Shown here one piece after another: positions 39,326 through 54,900 of a stretch of DNA of 64,000 nucleotides. Origin of the DNA: Paragordius varius (lineage: Eukaryota; Animalia; Nematomorpha); NCBI GenBank assembly GCA_964247055.1, contig OZ176052.1, forward strand, positions 6,758,001 to 6,822,000, read 5' to 3'. The translations under genes and the position numbers were made by a program. The notes under the pieces are model-generated. The model was given only the letters and a program-made list of their open reading frames with translations, searched no databases and was not told the origin of the DNA. Numbering within the stretch: position 1 is the stretch's first letter; every line of letters starts with the position of its first letter.

Positions 39326-41559
39326 CTAGCTGACCCTGTCACGCTTCGGTGTGGCGTAGTCTCACCGATAATTATTCTTAATAATTTGCAATAAATAGAG
39401 TTAATGGACATAAAAAATAATAATAAACATATTTAATAAAAAGAATATCTTTAATTACACTAGACAACAAATTTTAACTTTTTTTAACTGCCATTCTTGT
39501 AAATTTAAAATTTATTTCATTAAAGTACATAATTAGTATATCTGAAAAGAAAAATGGTCCTGCATGCAAGAATTTTTTTATATTAGAGTTTATCGATAAT
39601 TTTTGGCCCCGATTTAACATTAAACTCGAAAGTTCGAGAATTAAAAGTTTTAGATATGAAGCCATGTATTTTATATCATTCGAAAGAGCGCAAAAAACTG
39701 CATCTTTTAAATGGTAGTAAGTCATTTAAATCAATCGGATATAAAAGTTATTTGGATTTAAATGGTCAAAATTTTCAATCCTTAAATAAGTCAAGAATTT
39801 TCACAGACAAACCAATTTGAAAATCATATAAATTATTTTAATATAATTATTAGGGTTATATTAGTATTTAATTGAAAAAATATGTTTGAAAAAGCTTTTG
39901 GTTTGCTTTTTTAATAAAAATTATTATTATCATAATTATTTTACCTAGTGGATACTAAAATGCATAGTTATAACTGTAAATTTATTACATAATGGCTATA
40001 AAAGATCAAAAAGACCTTAAACTTTGTTTTTATCTTTGAAATTTCGAAATTATCAGCCTAGTAAAAAAAATAAATTAATATTGATGAGATGGTAATTTTT
40101 AAAAAACAAAAAACTTAAAAATGGCTGTTTTGAGTGACATAAAAGCAATAAAAAATGTTTTAATCAAAAAAACTTTTTTGTGTTATCTTTTTTGGACATT
40201 CATCACCATCTACACAAAGTTTGAGCTATTTTCATCCATTAGTTTTAAAAATATAATAATTAAAAAAATGCTCTCGCTTCGCGCGTTTGTCGCTCTTTTT
40301 GTCCAATATTAACTGTCGATGTAATACATAATAGTATGCATTTTATAGAGTTTTTATAACTCTTTCGAATGATATATTACAAATGGGCATTACTTGTATA
40401 TTTTCAAAGAAAAACATTTTTTAGTAAAATTTTGATAAAGAGGGCGCATAATCAAAAAAATCAAATTATACAAAATTCTTCCAACGAGTTATAATTTTTA
40501 TTTCAGATTTACTGTTAAAATGATACTAAATATCAGAAAATGCAAAAAACTCGAGTGGCAGAAAAATTTGTTGTCCTGTGTTATTCTTTACGGGTTTTTG
40601 CATAGGCTGAAATATTGTTTACTCGCAATTGACCATATTTCTGTCCCTTATTAAAGTTAATATTCAACTATCATTGGATTTATTTTAAGATTTTCGTTTT
40701 ACGAAATCATAGTTAAAAGTTCTAATTTGAAATTATGTTCATACAGCTGGGATCAAGGGATATAAAAAGTAATTTGTGGTCACTTTTTAAAGGAAAGAAT
40801 GATATTAAACATATTCCCCAGAAATGTGTTTAACTGAACTCGTATGTCTTCTTAAGTTTTTTAATCATCTTCAAAACCACGCCATTTTTGTACGGCGTCT
40901 CAGTATTAAACCGGTAGACCCCTACCAATAGACCTATAAAAGCGCTGAGTTAAATTCTTTTCCTTTATAGGGCAAATATTTGGAATCAACTTTGATACCA
41001 TCGTTTCATGGAGTTTTCGAAAAAATACCACACTAAATAATCGATATGTTGGCCTATTTTTGGGGGCATAAAGGCCCCAAATTAACGGCTAAAACTCGAT
41101 TTTAATTTTTATCTAGTTACGGGCAGTATTTCTTTTAATAAACTCATAGATAAATTTTCTGTAAATTTGTTGTAGACAACGCATTTTCTATATAGTGGCG
41201 CAATTTTAGCGGCTATCTGTTTACCCAGCAGCCAATATTTAAACGCAATAATATTTTTGCCTTTTAACAGAGAATATCTCGAATCCTCAGTTAATCAACG
41301 TTCTCATACCCAGGCAAAATATTATTTAGTTTTTTTGAAAAAAATGGCAATTTACGGCGAAACGGGTAAAAAGAGAGCCTAAATTAAAAAAGTAAGCCGG
41401 CTATGTTCGGCGCAATCGAAAAAAGTCAAAATAATTATATTTGAAATCGACTGTTCCAACACGTTTTCAGGAAAATTGTCTCAAACACGTTTTTTTAGAC
41501 TTCTGTTTTCAAAAAACAGATCACAAAGCCAGCATTCTCCATTTTTATAAATATATAGA
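39326..41559 (-). mobile_element. Non-autonomous Helitron, copy B
   Basis: Minus strand A|TC ... imperfect hairpin ... CTAG|T; collinear with 23672-26041 apart from the MITE insertion and fewer tandem units. Confidence 0.78.
39458..40580. mobile_element. Chapaev3-like MITE, 1123 bp
   Basis: TIR CACTAGACAAC / GTTGTCCTGTG, TSD TTA; the empty site (TTTAATTATTCTTT) is visible in Helitron copy A near 23795. Confidence 0.85.
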
Positions 41560-44067
41560 TTATAATGATCGGAGTAGAAATGCTGGCATAAACAGTTTTT
41601 CCGAACCAGAAGATTATATTATCTACGATGATTGTAATTATTCTTAATAACAATAATTTAACAAGTTTAAAACATTTTTTCTTAAATTGTAATTTCACTC
41701 GCGATCCATAGTTTAAGAAGCCCTGAAGACGCATACAGTATAAACTAACTGTTATGGTTAAGTGAGTAATAATTCGATAACATTATTGAATTTCGGTAAA
41801 TATTTTTGAAAAAACACTAAAAAGCCCAAGACGATTTTGGTTTGAGCCATATCAAGTGCAAATGTTAGTAACCATCTATTATTCTAAATCGGTAATTCCC
41901 AATTTCCTCACATAGTTTTAAAACTATTTGGCTGACATAGTTGAATATAAACGCTTTTGTCCCTATTTTATTTAAAGATTGTTTATCTAGAACAAAATTT
42001 CGAGAAAATGCGGCTAATTTGGTTAATATTATTACGAAATCCGCATGATTTGCGTTTTAACATCAAATATATCACATTTTAACTATTTTTAAATAATTCT
42101 AAACACACCGCGTTAAACATTTATAATAACACCTTATCTACATGGTTTACAATAATTTTAACTATCACATATCACCTATTTTTCGGTTTTAATTACTTAC
42201 AACAACGGTAATCTGCTAATGATTTCACGTTTAAATTCACCCTAAATTATATTATGTTTTCAAGATTAAAAATTATCTATATTTTTATTTATTTTTAGAT
42301 GAAATTTCGTTTAAAATTAATATAACTGAAAAAACTATGCCATAAGAATATTCTTATTAATGATGAGTTATATAAGCCCAAAAACACATAATTTATTTTT
42401 AGAATGATGAATTGTTCGAGGGTGAATTTGAATTGTTCAAGGGTGTTAGAATTGTAAATGGTATATATCTATTTTTTTTATCTAAAAACCTCTCGTGTTT
42501 AAATTCCGAAAACGCCCTATTCTGGCTAATGACTCCTCTGTAATATCGTACACAAGTTTTGAAAATTTAATTAACAATATATTAAAAAACGCGTGCCAAA
42601 GGTGAATACACTGTTTGTCTGGATAAGCTTAGCCACATCAGTTCAACTTGACTCTCAAAAGAAATTGTCAAGTATTATGTTGAATTATATAAACGTAATA
42701 TAATAAATGCTTTCTCATCTATTCTTACGGTAAAATCAGAAAATAATTATTCAAACTTTATCGTAAGAATTAACATAAATTTATATTTTATAATATAGAT
42801 ATCAATGAATTTTTAATAAAATTATAAAAATTCATTGCAATAAGCTTCAATCATATTGATTAAATCCTTAATTTTAGAAGAAAAAAGAAATTTTTCAATT
42901 GGTACGAAATTATAACATAATAATCTCCATCAAACCTATTTTAATTACACATTATTATATATATAACACCCAATCTTTACGTTTTACCTTTCGATTCGGA
43001 CCCAAATAGTTTAACGATAAACAATTATTTTAATTTTCTGTATTTTGAAATAATAACCATTAAAATATTCAATCTAAAGAACGTGAAATATATTACTAAG
43101 ACTCGTGCGACTGAATGATCCATGCATCCGAATATTGTTTAAAATTCTTTTAACTGATTTATCATAGTATTAAAAATAAGTTCCATAGCGAAAATTGATA
43201 AAATTTATAAAATGGACACAGCTTTCCCTAGTCTTATCACACTATTTTTGTATCTTGTATATATAGCATTAGAGTACTCTAGTATATCTATTGTCCATTT
43301 AGTGTTCTTGCTTTACAGCTTTAGCAGTTTAATAATTTCTAAAAATCAATAAAATATGGAGTGTGTCTAACTTCTTTTTAGAAATTAGGTAATGTTATAT
43401 GTGTGCAAAAAACTATTAGGAAAAAATCCAAAAAAGGTGTTAAGCGCGAGTTGATTATCTTCATTAATGACAAGATATGTTTGATAATAAGGGTACCTGT
43501 TACACATTGAATAGGCCCTTTAATTTATAGCATAAAATTTATAATTTAAATTAAAGTATTTGTTAAAATCATTATATATATTCATACAAGTTTTGGCTGT
43601 ATAAAAACAGATTAACTATATTTAAATTTAAACATATTCTATGTCTGCAAAAATTGTGTTATACAAGTATTAAAATTCGATATTGTCCTAAACCTAACTA
43701 TGCTAAGAAAGATGAGTTTGTTAATTTAACATGACTATACTTTTTCATTCTGTCAAGGCGCTTACTATAAATTAATATTTTATTTCTGGCCAATTTTGAT
43801 GATCTCTTAATTATTTAATATTGTCATTGTCTGACAAATTTTTGGTCTTAAAAATGTTAAGTTTATTATAAAAAATTAATAATATAAAATTAAAAATATT
43901 TGATATTACATAACATGAAAATAATAGGACAAAGACCTAATTTTCACAGTAAGAGCATTCATTATATGCGTGCATGGTAGTAGCTTGAAGCATTTAGAGA
44001 CATATTTTACATAAAATAGTATACCATTCATTCTTAAACTTAATTTAAATTTTATTTCAAAAATACA

Positions 44068-45948
44068 ATGTATAATATGGTTTTGATATTGTTTGGTTTT
44101 TGGAACCATGTTTTACTTTACCAATATATATTGTGCGTAATGCTGGTTGACATTCATTTTGGATTTGAGGACATTAATGATACAACAGCAATTCCAGCAA
44201 ACATTCTAATTGCAGATGAAGCTTTTGCATGTCAAACACATTACAATCCTTTTCACAAAACTTCCCACATTCAACTTGTGGATATAGGTATAATTTGGGA
44301 TTATAAAATATACCTACCTACCTTATTACAATAAAAATTAAAAAATATAAAAAGTAAAAGACATCAATACTTTATAAAAAGACAATTAAATTTTTACATC
44401 ATATGTTTTTCTATAAAACGGATTTTTTTAAATAAAGATTAGCATATTCAGCTTTATATTCCATATTTGTATGTGATCAATTATTTAAGTTGTTATGAAG
44501 ATATCTAAGATAAAGAAATGTACTTTCTTTATAAATTTGTCTTTATACTTTAAATACTTACGCTTTGTCTTTATACTTTACGTAATTTACAAATTTTAAT
44601 TAATAATTGCGCTAATTAATAGATTTTGTCTTAAAAGAACCTTGGGAATCATGGAAAGTTCCGCATTTTCGTCTGAACCCTAGCAATATTTACACATTTA
44701 ATTACAAACCATTGTTACGGTATAATACCACAAATTACAGCTTTTATATTGAAATAGAGGATGGTATTACACAAAGGACCATAATCAATAAACAGGTTTA
44801 AAGACTAATCAGATATAAATGCTCAAGTAAATTGGAACGTCTGTAGAATATTTAATGCGTTTTTTGCTTCTATTATTATTTTTCAAATTTGGAGAAGAGC
44901 TCCTATATATTAAAATATATATTTATGCCAGGGTCATATATAAAATGGTATCGATTACACATTTATTTTAGAAATATTATAAAGAATGGGCATTCGCTTA
45001 AAATCTAACTTTTTTATTTATTGTATTCATAATCATTTGTATGATATTTACAAAAAATACCACTTAAACTTAATATTTTGCTAATTTTATTTGGAGGATA
45101 TTGATATATAAAAAATATTAAATAATTTTATTTTTATTTAAGAGCATGGATAGATATGTATTAAATCAAAATGATTTAAGCATACATTTAAATCTTTTGC
45201 CAATGGGAATGACAAATGTTACAAATTTAACGACATGGATATATGGGCAAGGTCGAATCGATGGTAGAAAGAAAATATATAAAAGTTATCCTTTACAATT
45301 TTTATTCTTATTTTTTGGCTAAGGTGTGCTGCAGTAAAATAATTTTTAAAATGTTGAGAAACCCTGATTTAACAGTCATAAAAAATAAAATAAATTTGAG
45401 AAAAAATAATCCTATATTATATATTTATATATAGGTGAAGTTATTTTTTTATTGCGATACGGGTTTACAAATGAGCCACAAATGAGCCAATCTTTTCGTG
45501 CCACAAATAAATCTGTCCAAAACTCTCTAACCTTTGAAGATCTTTTAAATATCGAAAATATAAAATGGAATACGTCAACCATAAAGCTAACTAAATTAAA
45601 TATATCAATTTATGAAGAAGCCCTTTTAAATTCCACCCTCTTTATAGCAAGAGCTAAGCCAACCCATTTTGATCCAAATATTATAATCCAATATAGGCTG
45701 ATCAACCACACTGAAAATCTTTTCCATATTGACAAATATACTGGTATAAATCATTTTGTTTTAAAAATTTTTAAAAGAGCCGTTTAGTGGGGATTTTTAG
45801 TGAATTTTTTTCACACCAAAATTGCTTTTTCTCATTTTTAGGCCCAATAATAGCTGATAAAATAACTGGATTTAAAAATGGGACTTTTTCTAAGTCAGAC
45901 TGAATATGATAGGATATATTTTGCAAGTATACCACATGGTTAAATATA

Positions 45949-45980
<32 letters not shown>

Positions 45981-48900
45981 ACTAAGGTGGAAATTATTGT
46001 TTTTTAAAAATATATGTAATGAAATTAATATTTTTAAAATACTCCTCATTTTGTTTTGTAAAATTTTATTACTCAACTATCCAATTATTAATATTAAATT
46101 AATCTAAAATTGAAGGTGAAATCCGTATTATAAATCGAATCAATCTGGAATCAAATATTTTAAGTAGCATTCCACTTCACATCGAGGCAAAGGCGTATGG
46201 CGATATCGAACAAAATGTGTTACCGGCACATCTTCTTTTAATTCTGGAAATTATTGATATAAATGACAACCCTCCCACCCTTATTCCAAAAGTAATAAGC
46301 TTTATCCATGAAATAAATCCTTACCCATGTTTTTAAAACAACTATCAAATTTTGATTGTAGAATATTAAAAAAAATCATGTGAACCTATTTATTTAAACT
46401 ATATTATTATTATGGTTGGATTTTAATGGAAACTTTGACTAACGGTATAAACAAAAAAATAAATTATAAATATTTTCCATTTGCATGCTATAAATTTACA
46501 TTTTATCAAAATTTTAGAATTTTTCATGTGTTTTTTTTACATATTAGAAAAATATCACTAAAAAAATTAAAAATGTCGCAAGTTTTTAAATTTAAGATGC
46601 ATCCATAAGTGTCTACATAAATGATTAAAAGGATAAAGTTTTTATTGTATATTTTTTGTAAAATCAGGAGTACACGCTTAAAATCGACGAAAATCAGACG
46701 CTGCCTTATGAAATTCATACTTTTGGGACTAAAGATAATGATTTAACCCAACCATTTCTCCATCGCTTTGCTGTACAACAATTAATGGCATATGATCCAA
46801 AGGGGAATAAAATATATTCAAAAAATGAAAAGGAAGCTCTGGAAAATGGTCCCTTTGAATTTGTGTCTAATTCTAGATCAAGGTAAAAATGTATCTATAC
46901 CATTTGAAAATATGTAATTTATTTAGATAATTTTGATATATTTTTTCATTACGAATTTTATATGTTTTAACATTAGAAATGAAACGAATAACATTTTAGA
47001 GGTCAGAAGAGATGCGTTGTTAGACAGGGAAGTTATTAGCCAATATACAATATCCGCTGTGATTACGGATGAAACTATTTCTCAGGCATTTGCGTCAAGG
47101 GTATCAACCGTTGCGAATCCATATTACCAAATTTATATTTTAGTAAGCAATCTTGAATTTAATTAATCATTTTTTGAAAATTAGGGAATTATGTAGCCAT
47201 GTTTTCATAGCCGTCATTAAATATCTTTCTCATATAAAACGTGTACTCTTTACCAAAAGTATATGCATTCTCTTTTCAAGGTAATTTAGGTGATTTCCTT
47301 TTAGCTTAAATCATTTTATTTTTGGTTATTTTTACGATATTAGATTGATATCTGTGCAGTAACCTAATTCTTATTTATACAACTATTGAAGAGATATTTT
47401 TATTTGTGTATAATAATTACACATTTCTTGATCTTTTCCATACCGAGAACCGATCCATTATAATCTGATTTTTAAAGGGTAATATGGTATTTGATAACCC
47501 ATTTATTACTATTTGTTTTACCTAAACCGAAATAATGATAATATTGTCCGTATAAAAAACAAAATACATAGGCTAATCAATGCGTTTTAATTTCTAATCA
47601 TACATAATAACGAGGCATTTTAAACCTCAGAGTACTGCAAAATAAAAAGGTTGCGCTGATGCATGGTAAATTTAATTTATAGAGAATTAAATGAAAATGT
47701 TTGTCCATTTTACAAAAGATGATTATATTTACGGTGTACCTCTTGAAGAGTGAAATTAAAATATTTTATTAAGGTTTAATGGTTAGAGTTTTCACGCATA
47801 CTTAACCATATCTATGTTTTGTCTAGGTGAATCAATCACCGGCTATATTTTTATTTTCTCCCTGAATTCATTTCGCTGCACACTAATTTTTCACCCAATG
47901 GTTTTTCATTTTAAAAATTCCATACATATAAATGTACAAGAAATTTCCCTTTTTAAAACAGTAAACTTCTAATATTTAAAAACGACGCTAAACAGCCCAA
48001 ATAGTTTGTCAATAAAAATGATATAAAAATGTGTGTTAAAATCTTTTTTTATTTTATTTTTGTATTTATATATTTAACCTCTCATATATAAAATATTTTA
48101 ATCTTGTATAAAACGTATAAATACCAGGAATTATATTACAACACCATAATTTATTTAGATCCACATAAAAGTTGTTGATGTAAATGATAATCCACCCATA
48201 TGTCAATCTAGCAATAATCCCATAATAATTGATAGTAACACAGAAATTGGGTCTATGATCGGAATTGTCGAAGCTTATGATTACGATGATATGGAAACAA
48301 ATAACGGGAAAATTGTTTACAAATCATTGAATTACACAAAAGGTAATCATTTATTTCATTTTACAATATATATTTATTTAATCCAATATTATAAAAGTCT
48401 CTCTCTCCTTCAAATAAGTGCCGATATATTGTCCTAATTATGATTTTTGTAAATGGATATAAAAAATTATAATAAAATTTAAAGTTTAAACAATCTATAA
48501 ACGATAGATGGGCATTTAAATGTATTTAAACCCTTTTTATATGTTTATAAAACATTGTTAAATGTTTCTTAAGTTTTTTTATTGGTTTTAGTCGAAATTT
48601 TTAAACTTTAGTAGCCTCATTTGTTTTAATCCACAACTTCATTATACATATAGGATTGGTGCCTTCATAGACTATAATAAATAAATTTTCTCGTAATTTA
48701 ATAAAGCAACACCATTGTACGCATCAATAAAATATAGGTATTGTAAAATATTTTTTGCAATTCGAAATAGATATAAACATCCACCCCGATAGCGGAATAA
48801 TCGTATATAAGGGAATAAAAGATAAACACAACAATTTACAAACTGAAAATCGGATCGTAAAAAGATATTATCAAACTTGTAACATAGAACCCGGTTTAGA

Positions 48901-51900
48901 TGGCAAACCTTCTTGTTGTCAAAGCTATTATCAAATTAAATACGTTGACACAAACATTCACACCCCATCAAAAGATGTGATAACCAATCGCCAAAAAGTC
49001 ATTGTCATTTTGAAACCCAAAAATGTTTATGAAACGGTTAAAATATTAGAGGTATTATTTTTCAAATTGTTTAATAAACAGTTTATAATAAAACCATAAA
49101 CAGTTTTCAGTACCGTTAAACAAATTTTTTGAAAAAACTCTGTTGCAATTTTTTTTTGAAGTTAGTATAAAAAAATTTTACACAATGTTTTATTTTTAAT
49201 TTTAATCTTCAGTTTATTGAAATCACAAATAAATATTTTTTAGTATTTGTGGAAAAAAGTAACACACAATAAATATTTATAAGCTTATGATTTTGCGGTT
49301 AATCATATTCTATCAAAAATTTCGGATACGTGTGAATTAAAAAATAACCAAAATCACCATTTACCAGTGGTTTTTTGTATATTTTTTATTGAAACCGGAG
49401 TAAAAAAACGATTTCGGTGGCACTAGTATATTAAAATATTATCTCAACGCTTGTATTTTTTCTCTTTTTGATAGAACACTACATTAGGTTCAAAAGTGTA
49501 TGAGGTTGTAGCTACCATACAGGCAGGTTACAGAGAAAGCTGGAGAACATTCAATTCACCAACAGATAAATTTTCTTCGAAGGATGAATTTGACCGATCA
49601 AATTTTTTCCCTGAAGAATCCAAAAATTCAATGTTTAGATATGACTTTTATTACAAGTTGGATGAGTTATCAATAGCACCGGGTGATCACAAAGCATTTT
49701 TTATTCATCCTAAAACAGGATTCATATATACCAAAACTTCTTTCGATGCTGAATTCAAAGAAAAATACACAGTTACTTTTTTAAATAACGATTTAATTGA
49801 AATAAGTTGAGACAAGATTTTTAAAGATCATTTTATGATTGAATCTATAATGCCGCCTCTAACTATCAAAATATATTATAATAATTTATAATTTCAAATT
49901 AATGTTTATTGCATTAAATGGACAGATATTTTATTTTCCTACTTTTTTTACTTTATATTTACAGTTTATCGTTAAAGTTGTGAGCAATGACTTAGGGTTA
50001 GAAGAATCAAAATTACTTACAATCCAAATTCAGGACATCAATGATAACATTCCAATATTTCCAGGGGTATGATAGATGATTGTTTTTTTTAAAAATATAT
50101 ACTATTTTCTCGTAATTTAATATAAATTATTTTATAAATATAAACGCTAAAAAATTCATAATACCGCCTAATAAATAAATAGGCAAACATTTTCGGTCCG
50201 ATTAACGAATTTAGGGCTAAATTAAATTTATTTTTTATCATTATCAAACTTCACTATATTTTTATAGAGTGACAGAGAAATAGTGGTGAATGTGTTGGAC
50301 ACAAGTCCGCCTGGGTTCATTATAGGAACATTAAATGCAACAGATAGCGATATTTCTGCCATAAACTCAAAGATTTATTACCACCTTATATGTAATTATT
50401 TATGGACTTTTTAAGCAACATATCAACAAAATTTTGTCATAATAACAATTATTTAGCATAATTTTTCCAAAAATATTTAAATACCTCGAATTTGACAAAT
50501 TTTATCGTATTTTTTTATATATTTCCTTATGATAAATGACTTATGATTTGGTTATTTTATTTCAAGCTAAAATAAAAAATTGCTTTAAGGAAAGTTTTTT
50601 TAAAAAGGTGAATATTTAATTAAATATCCCAGCGTATTTTTAACATTATTAATAAAATCAAAATGCTAGATAGAGGTGCTTTCATGTTACCGAACACAAA
50701 AAATCAGTAGAGCACAAACCAGAATACATTAAGTGAAAACTTATTTAAGAAACCGGCCATTTAATAATTATTGTGGTTATCGAAAAGAGCTTATTATAAT
50801 CATATCCTAATCCTCTCTACACTATATGAACAAACTTTTATAAATAGGCAGTGGAAATAGAATAAAATTTAGGAGCCAAGCTTTTATACATTTTTAAAAA
50901 AGTATCCAACCAACTTTATTAAATTCCTATTAATTTTTACCCAATTCAAAAAAGCTATAAAATACCATTGAATTTACCCTTTATTCCATATTATAGCAAA
51001 AGCAAATACGTATACCCTTTTATATTTCTGTATATTACATATATTTTCCGCAATTTTTCTATTTTTGCTATTAAGATATTTCACATCCAAATGCCATAAA
51101 GATTGATGAGCTGAATGGAAATGTTTGGGTCAATGCGAATTTGGAAAATTTTTTTTCACCTTTCGACATGCATGAACAAAAGGTGGTAACCCTGATGGTC
51201 AAAGTAACAAACGATGGAAACAAACCTCAAATATCATCGAGAGATATTTCAAAATTATTAAAATCAAATAACTTAAACGATCCAACATTAATTAGAATGA
51301 CTTTATTTATCCTACCCGATCCAAACAAAGTTCAATCCGATCCACAATTATGGAATCATTTAGCCCTTAATACGACGATTGGTAATCTATATTTATAAAA
51401 GAATTGAAAAACTTCCTACAAATATTTCAATACAGTATGAGTAAATATAAATACTGAATATTGTCATAAGATATGCAGTAAAGAGTAAATTATTAATAAC
51501 TAATAGCACGGGAAAAGCGAAAAAAATAACTATAGGCCAATTATAGAACCCTTTGTTTAATATACTATCTGGCAATAATTAATAAGAATAGCAATGTATA
51601 CTTACTCATACTGTAATTTAGATTTGCAGTTAGACAATGAAGATATGGACAGGGATTTTAATATCAACCTTAAAAACCAAAGATATATTATGAAAGATGT
51701 AATTTACTGCCAGCTTTCAAATGTAAACGATTATGAGTTGAATATAAATAATAACGCGTCATTTATCATGGGCTACGAATGTAGTGCAAAAGAAGAAATA
51801 AATTCTAACCACCTTAATAGAAATAAAAAGATAGCGGAAACTATGTTGCAGAAGGAATGGGGGCTCATCGATGGAAAAATTGGTGAATTTTCTCATTCCA

Positions 51901-54900
51901 AATTAATTATCCCCAGAAAATCATTAGATTTACCAAAAGCAGATACTTTTTACAACCTTAAAGTAATAAATTATATATTTAAATTTATATATAAAAAACA
52001 TAAAAAACTTTTTCTTATGTGTTATGAAACCAAGTGCCTGAAGTGTCATGCTAAAAAATTCTCCAACTAAACTTTTTCGCTATATTTTTCAATCATAACT
52101 TATTTAGGTATATTTAAATTAAAGGTAACGCTTTTTTATTCCAGATTAACACGGCAATTAACTTGTAAGATATTTACATAATTGTATCCGGTTTATATTT
52201 TTGAAATTGATAAATTATCCAAATAAAAAACTTAGTTACTCATTATTATTTCTATAGGAAACAAAAAACATAACCCTTCTGCCTTCCAAAAAAATAAGTG
52301 GGCACATTTTTTGACAACTTAATATTGTCATTAACCAAATATTTATATTCACATTGCTAATATCCAATAAAATAAATCCGTAGAGAGGATTTGGGTGTAT
52401 CAACATAAAGAATCGGTCGACATTGTAACTATTAAATTTTTGAGATATCTAAAAAATATATATCAAACTCATAGAATAATTTTTGTATTTTATGCGGTTT
52501 GATGGGTAATGCTATAATATGTATTGCTATTTTATTAAGTTATTTCATCAAAGTTATTTTTACTTTTCTCTTCTAAATAATATAATAGACTATTAATGTT
52601 TGGGATTCGTACAAAAGCAAATTGATAATCGAAGGAAATCCTAAGAAGGCAATCAGACTGTTACCACTTTATAAACAGTAAAATAATTTTTATTATTAAA
52701 TCAATTTTCTCATACATCAGGGCATAATCTATTCATAATTTTGATAAAAATTAATAACTTTATGTAAAAATCATTTTGGAAGTTTAAACTTACAGATATT
52801 GGTAATATCTAAGGTGACCAGACGTCCCGCCTTTGGCGGGACAGTCCCGCTTTTTCACACTTTGTCCCGCTTCCCGCTACAATTTAAAATGTCCCGCTTT
52901 TTCACGATTATATAAAAAAAATTTTTTTTTAATACAAATAAATTTTTTTTATCCGTTTAAATTTTTTATCATTATATATCTTTAAAATCTATTCAATTTT
53001 AAATTAAAATTTTTTATTTTTAAATTAAAAATATTTATTTTTTTCGAATTTATACTATATGAATATACACTTTGCTTCCTACTACTACTGTCATCATTAT
53101 TAAAAAGACAAATTAATACCACAAATCGGTAGCTTACACGTTTATTTCAGAAAATTAAGGTAATATAATATTTACTATGCTAATATTTTAGTTATATTAC
53201 TTAACATTATTAAAAAGCCAAATTAATACCACAAATCGGTAGCTTAAAAGACAAATTGATACCACAAATCGGTACCTTACACATTAATTCCAGAAAATTA
53301 AGGTATTATACTAATAGTAGTTTATAAAAATGAGCACAAAAAGAGGTTGTAAATTCAACGATCAATTAATGAAAGATTTTCCTTTTATCAAAAAAACGAA
53401 GAATGAATCATCTGTTAAATGTCTTATATGCGAGGGGGAATTCACCCTAGCACATGGCGGCAAGCATGATATTACAAAGCATATGGAAATAGAAACATAA
53501 AAAATATTTAGATATGGCGGCATCATCTTACAAAATGAGCGATTTTTTTCGAAAAACCGCTTTTGGAGAGGAAGAAAAGAATTTGGCACTAACTGAGGGC
53601 GTGTTATCTTTTCACGCCGTTAATCACAATCATTCCTTTAGATCTATGGACTGTACCTCACAGGTTATTCGCACGTTATTCCATAAAAAATTTACATGTG
53701 CCCGTACAAAGGCTGAAGCCATTGTGTGCAATGTCCTTTCGCCACATGCATTTTCTGAAATACAAAAAGATTTGCTAAAAAATAATTTCTTATCCCTATA
53801 CTCTAATGCATCAAATCACCATGAAACAAAATTATTTCCCACTTTAATAAGATATTTTGATTCAGAAACCGGAGTAAAAATAAAATTTTAGATTTAATTT
53901 CTTTACCCGGTGAAAACTCCGAAATAATATTTACTTCAATAATGCATATTCTAGAAAAAAATAATTTAAAAGACAAAATTATCGCATATTGCGCTGACAA
54001 CACCAATACGAACTTTGATGGAAAAGCAAGGAGGGAACAAAAAATATTTTTCATATATTAACAGATAATCTTAATCATACATTATTGGCGTTGGATGTGC
54101 AGCGCATATAATACACAACGCTATTCTAACAGCTGCTGATTTGTTACCCCTAGATGTGGAAAATGTAGTTGTTAAAAATATATTCCTATTTTCATATCTA
54201 CACAGTACGTGTTGAAACGCTTAAAGAATTCTGTGAAAATGTAGAAGTTCAAAATCAAAAAATCCTTGGAAATTGTAAAACTCGTTGGTTAGCTTTTATA
54301 CCAGCTATCGAAAGAATTTTAAAAATGTATGATCCTTTAAAAATTTTTATCACAGGACAAATGTCCTACAACTTTAAAAAAGTTTTTTGAAACTGATTCT
54401 TCAAAAATATGGTTAGAATTCTTAATAATCAAGCTTCTCTCTTTCAAAATGTTATTAAATTTATAGAAGGCGACAAAATTTCGGCAATCGAATTAGCCAA
54501 TGAAGTCAGTAACCTAAAATTTCAATGTCAAGAACGGTTAGAAAATAATTTTATACCAATAATTATCCGCAATATAATAAATAATTTAGAAAAACAAGGC
54601 TTAATAAATCGCCAAGATATCCTGTACCATATAAAAATGTTTTATACAAACTGTAAAAATTATTTGGAAGACTGGACGACGTAATTCAATGAAATTGATC
54701 ATTTTCATTGGATAACATTAAAATCAGAATTTAATTGGTGCGATGTTCAAAAATCATTTGATTATATCTGTTCCCAAAAATTCTCAAAAAGTAATCTTTC
54801 AGAAAATGATCTTTGAAGAATCATTAGTTAAAAGATATATTAATAATGAAAAACTTAAATTATGGACAAAAGAAAAATATACAGTAGAAAAGAAATGGTT

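Larger units (their letters stand above)
39117..41725. mobile_element. hAT-type MITE shell containing a nested Helitron and Chapaev MITE
   Basis: Perfect 16-bp TIR CAGGGCTTCTTAAACT / AGTTTAAGAAGCCCTG; the 8-bp flanks do not match. Confidence 0.65.

Noticed and set aside
43356-43440. GT-AG blocks of 21 and 31 nt upstream of the cadherin ATG
   Set aside because: They yield only M-E-N-stop; could be 5' UTR introns but are untestable from sequence alone.
52125-52144. Possible 20-nt GT-AG intron in the cadherin region
   Set aside because: No phase-consistent path through the flanking micro-exons; the gene model closes without it.
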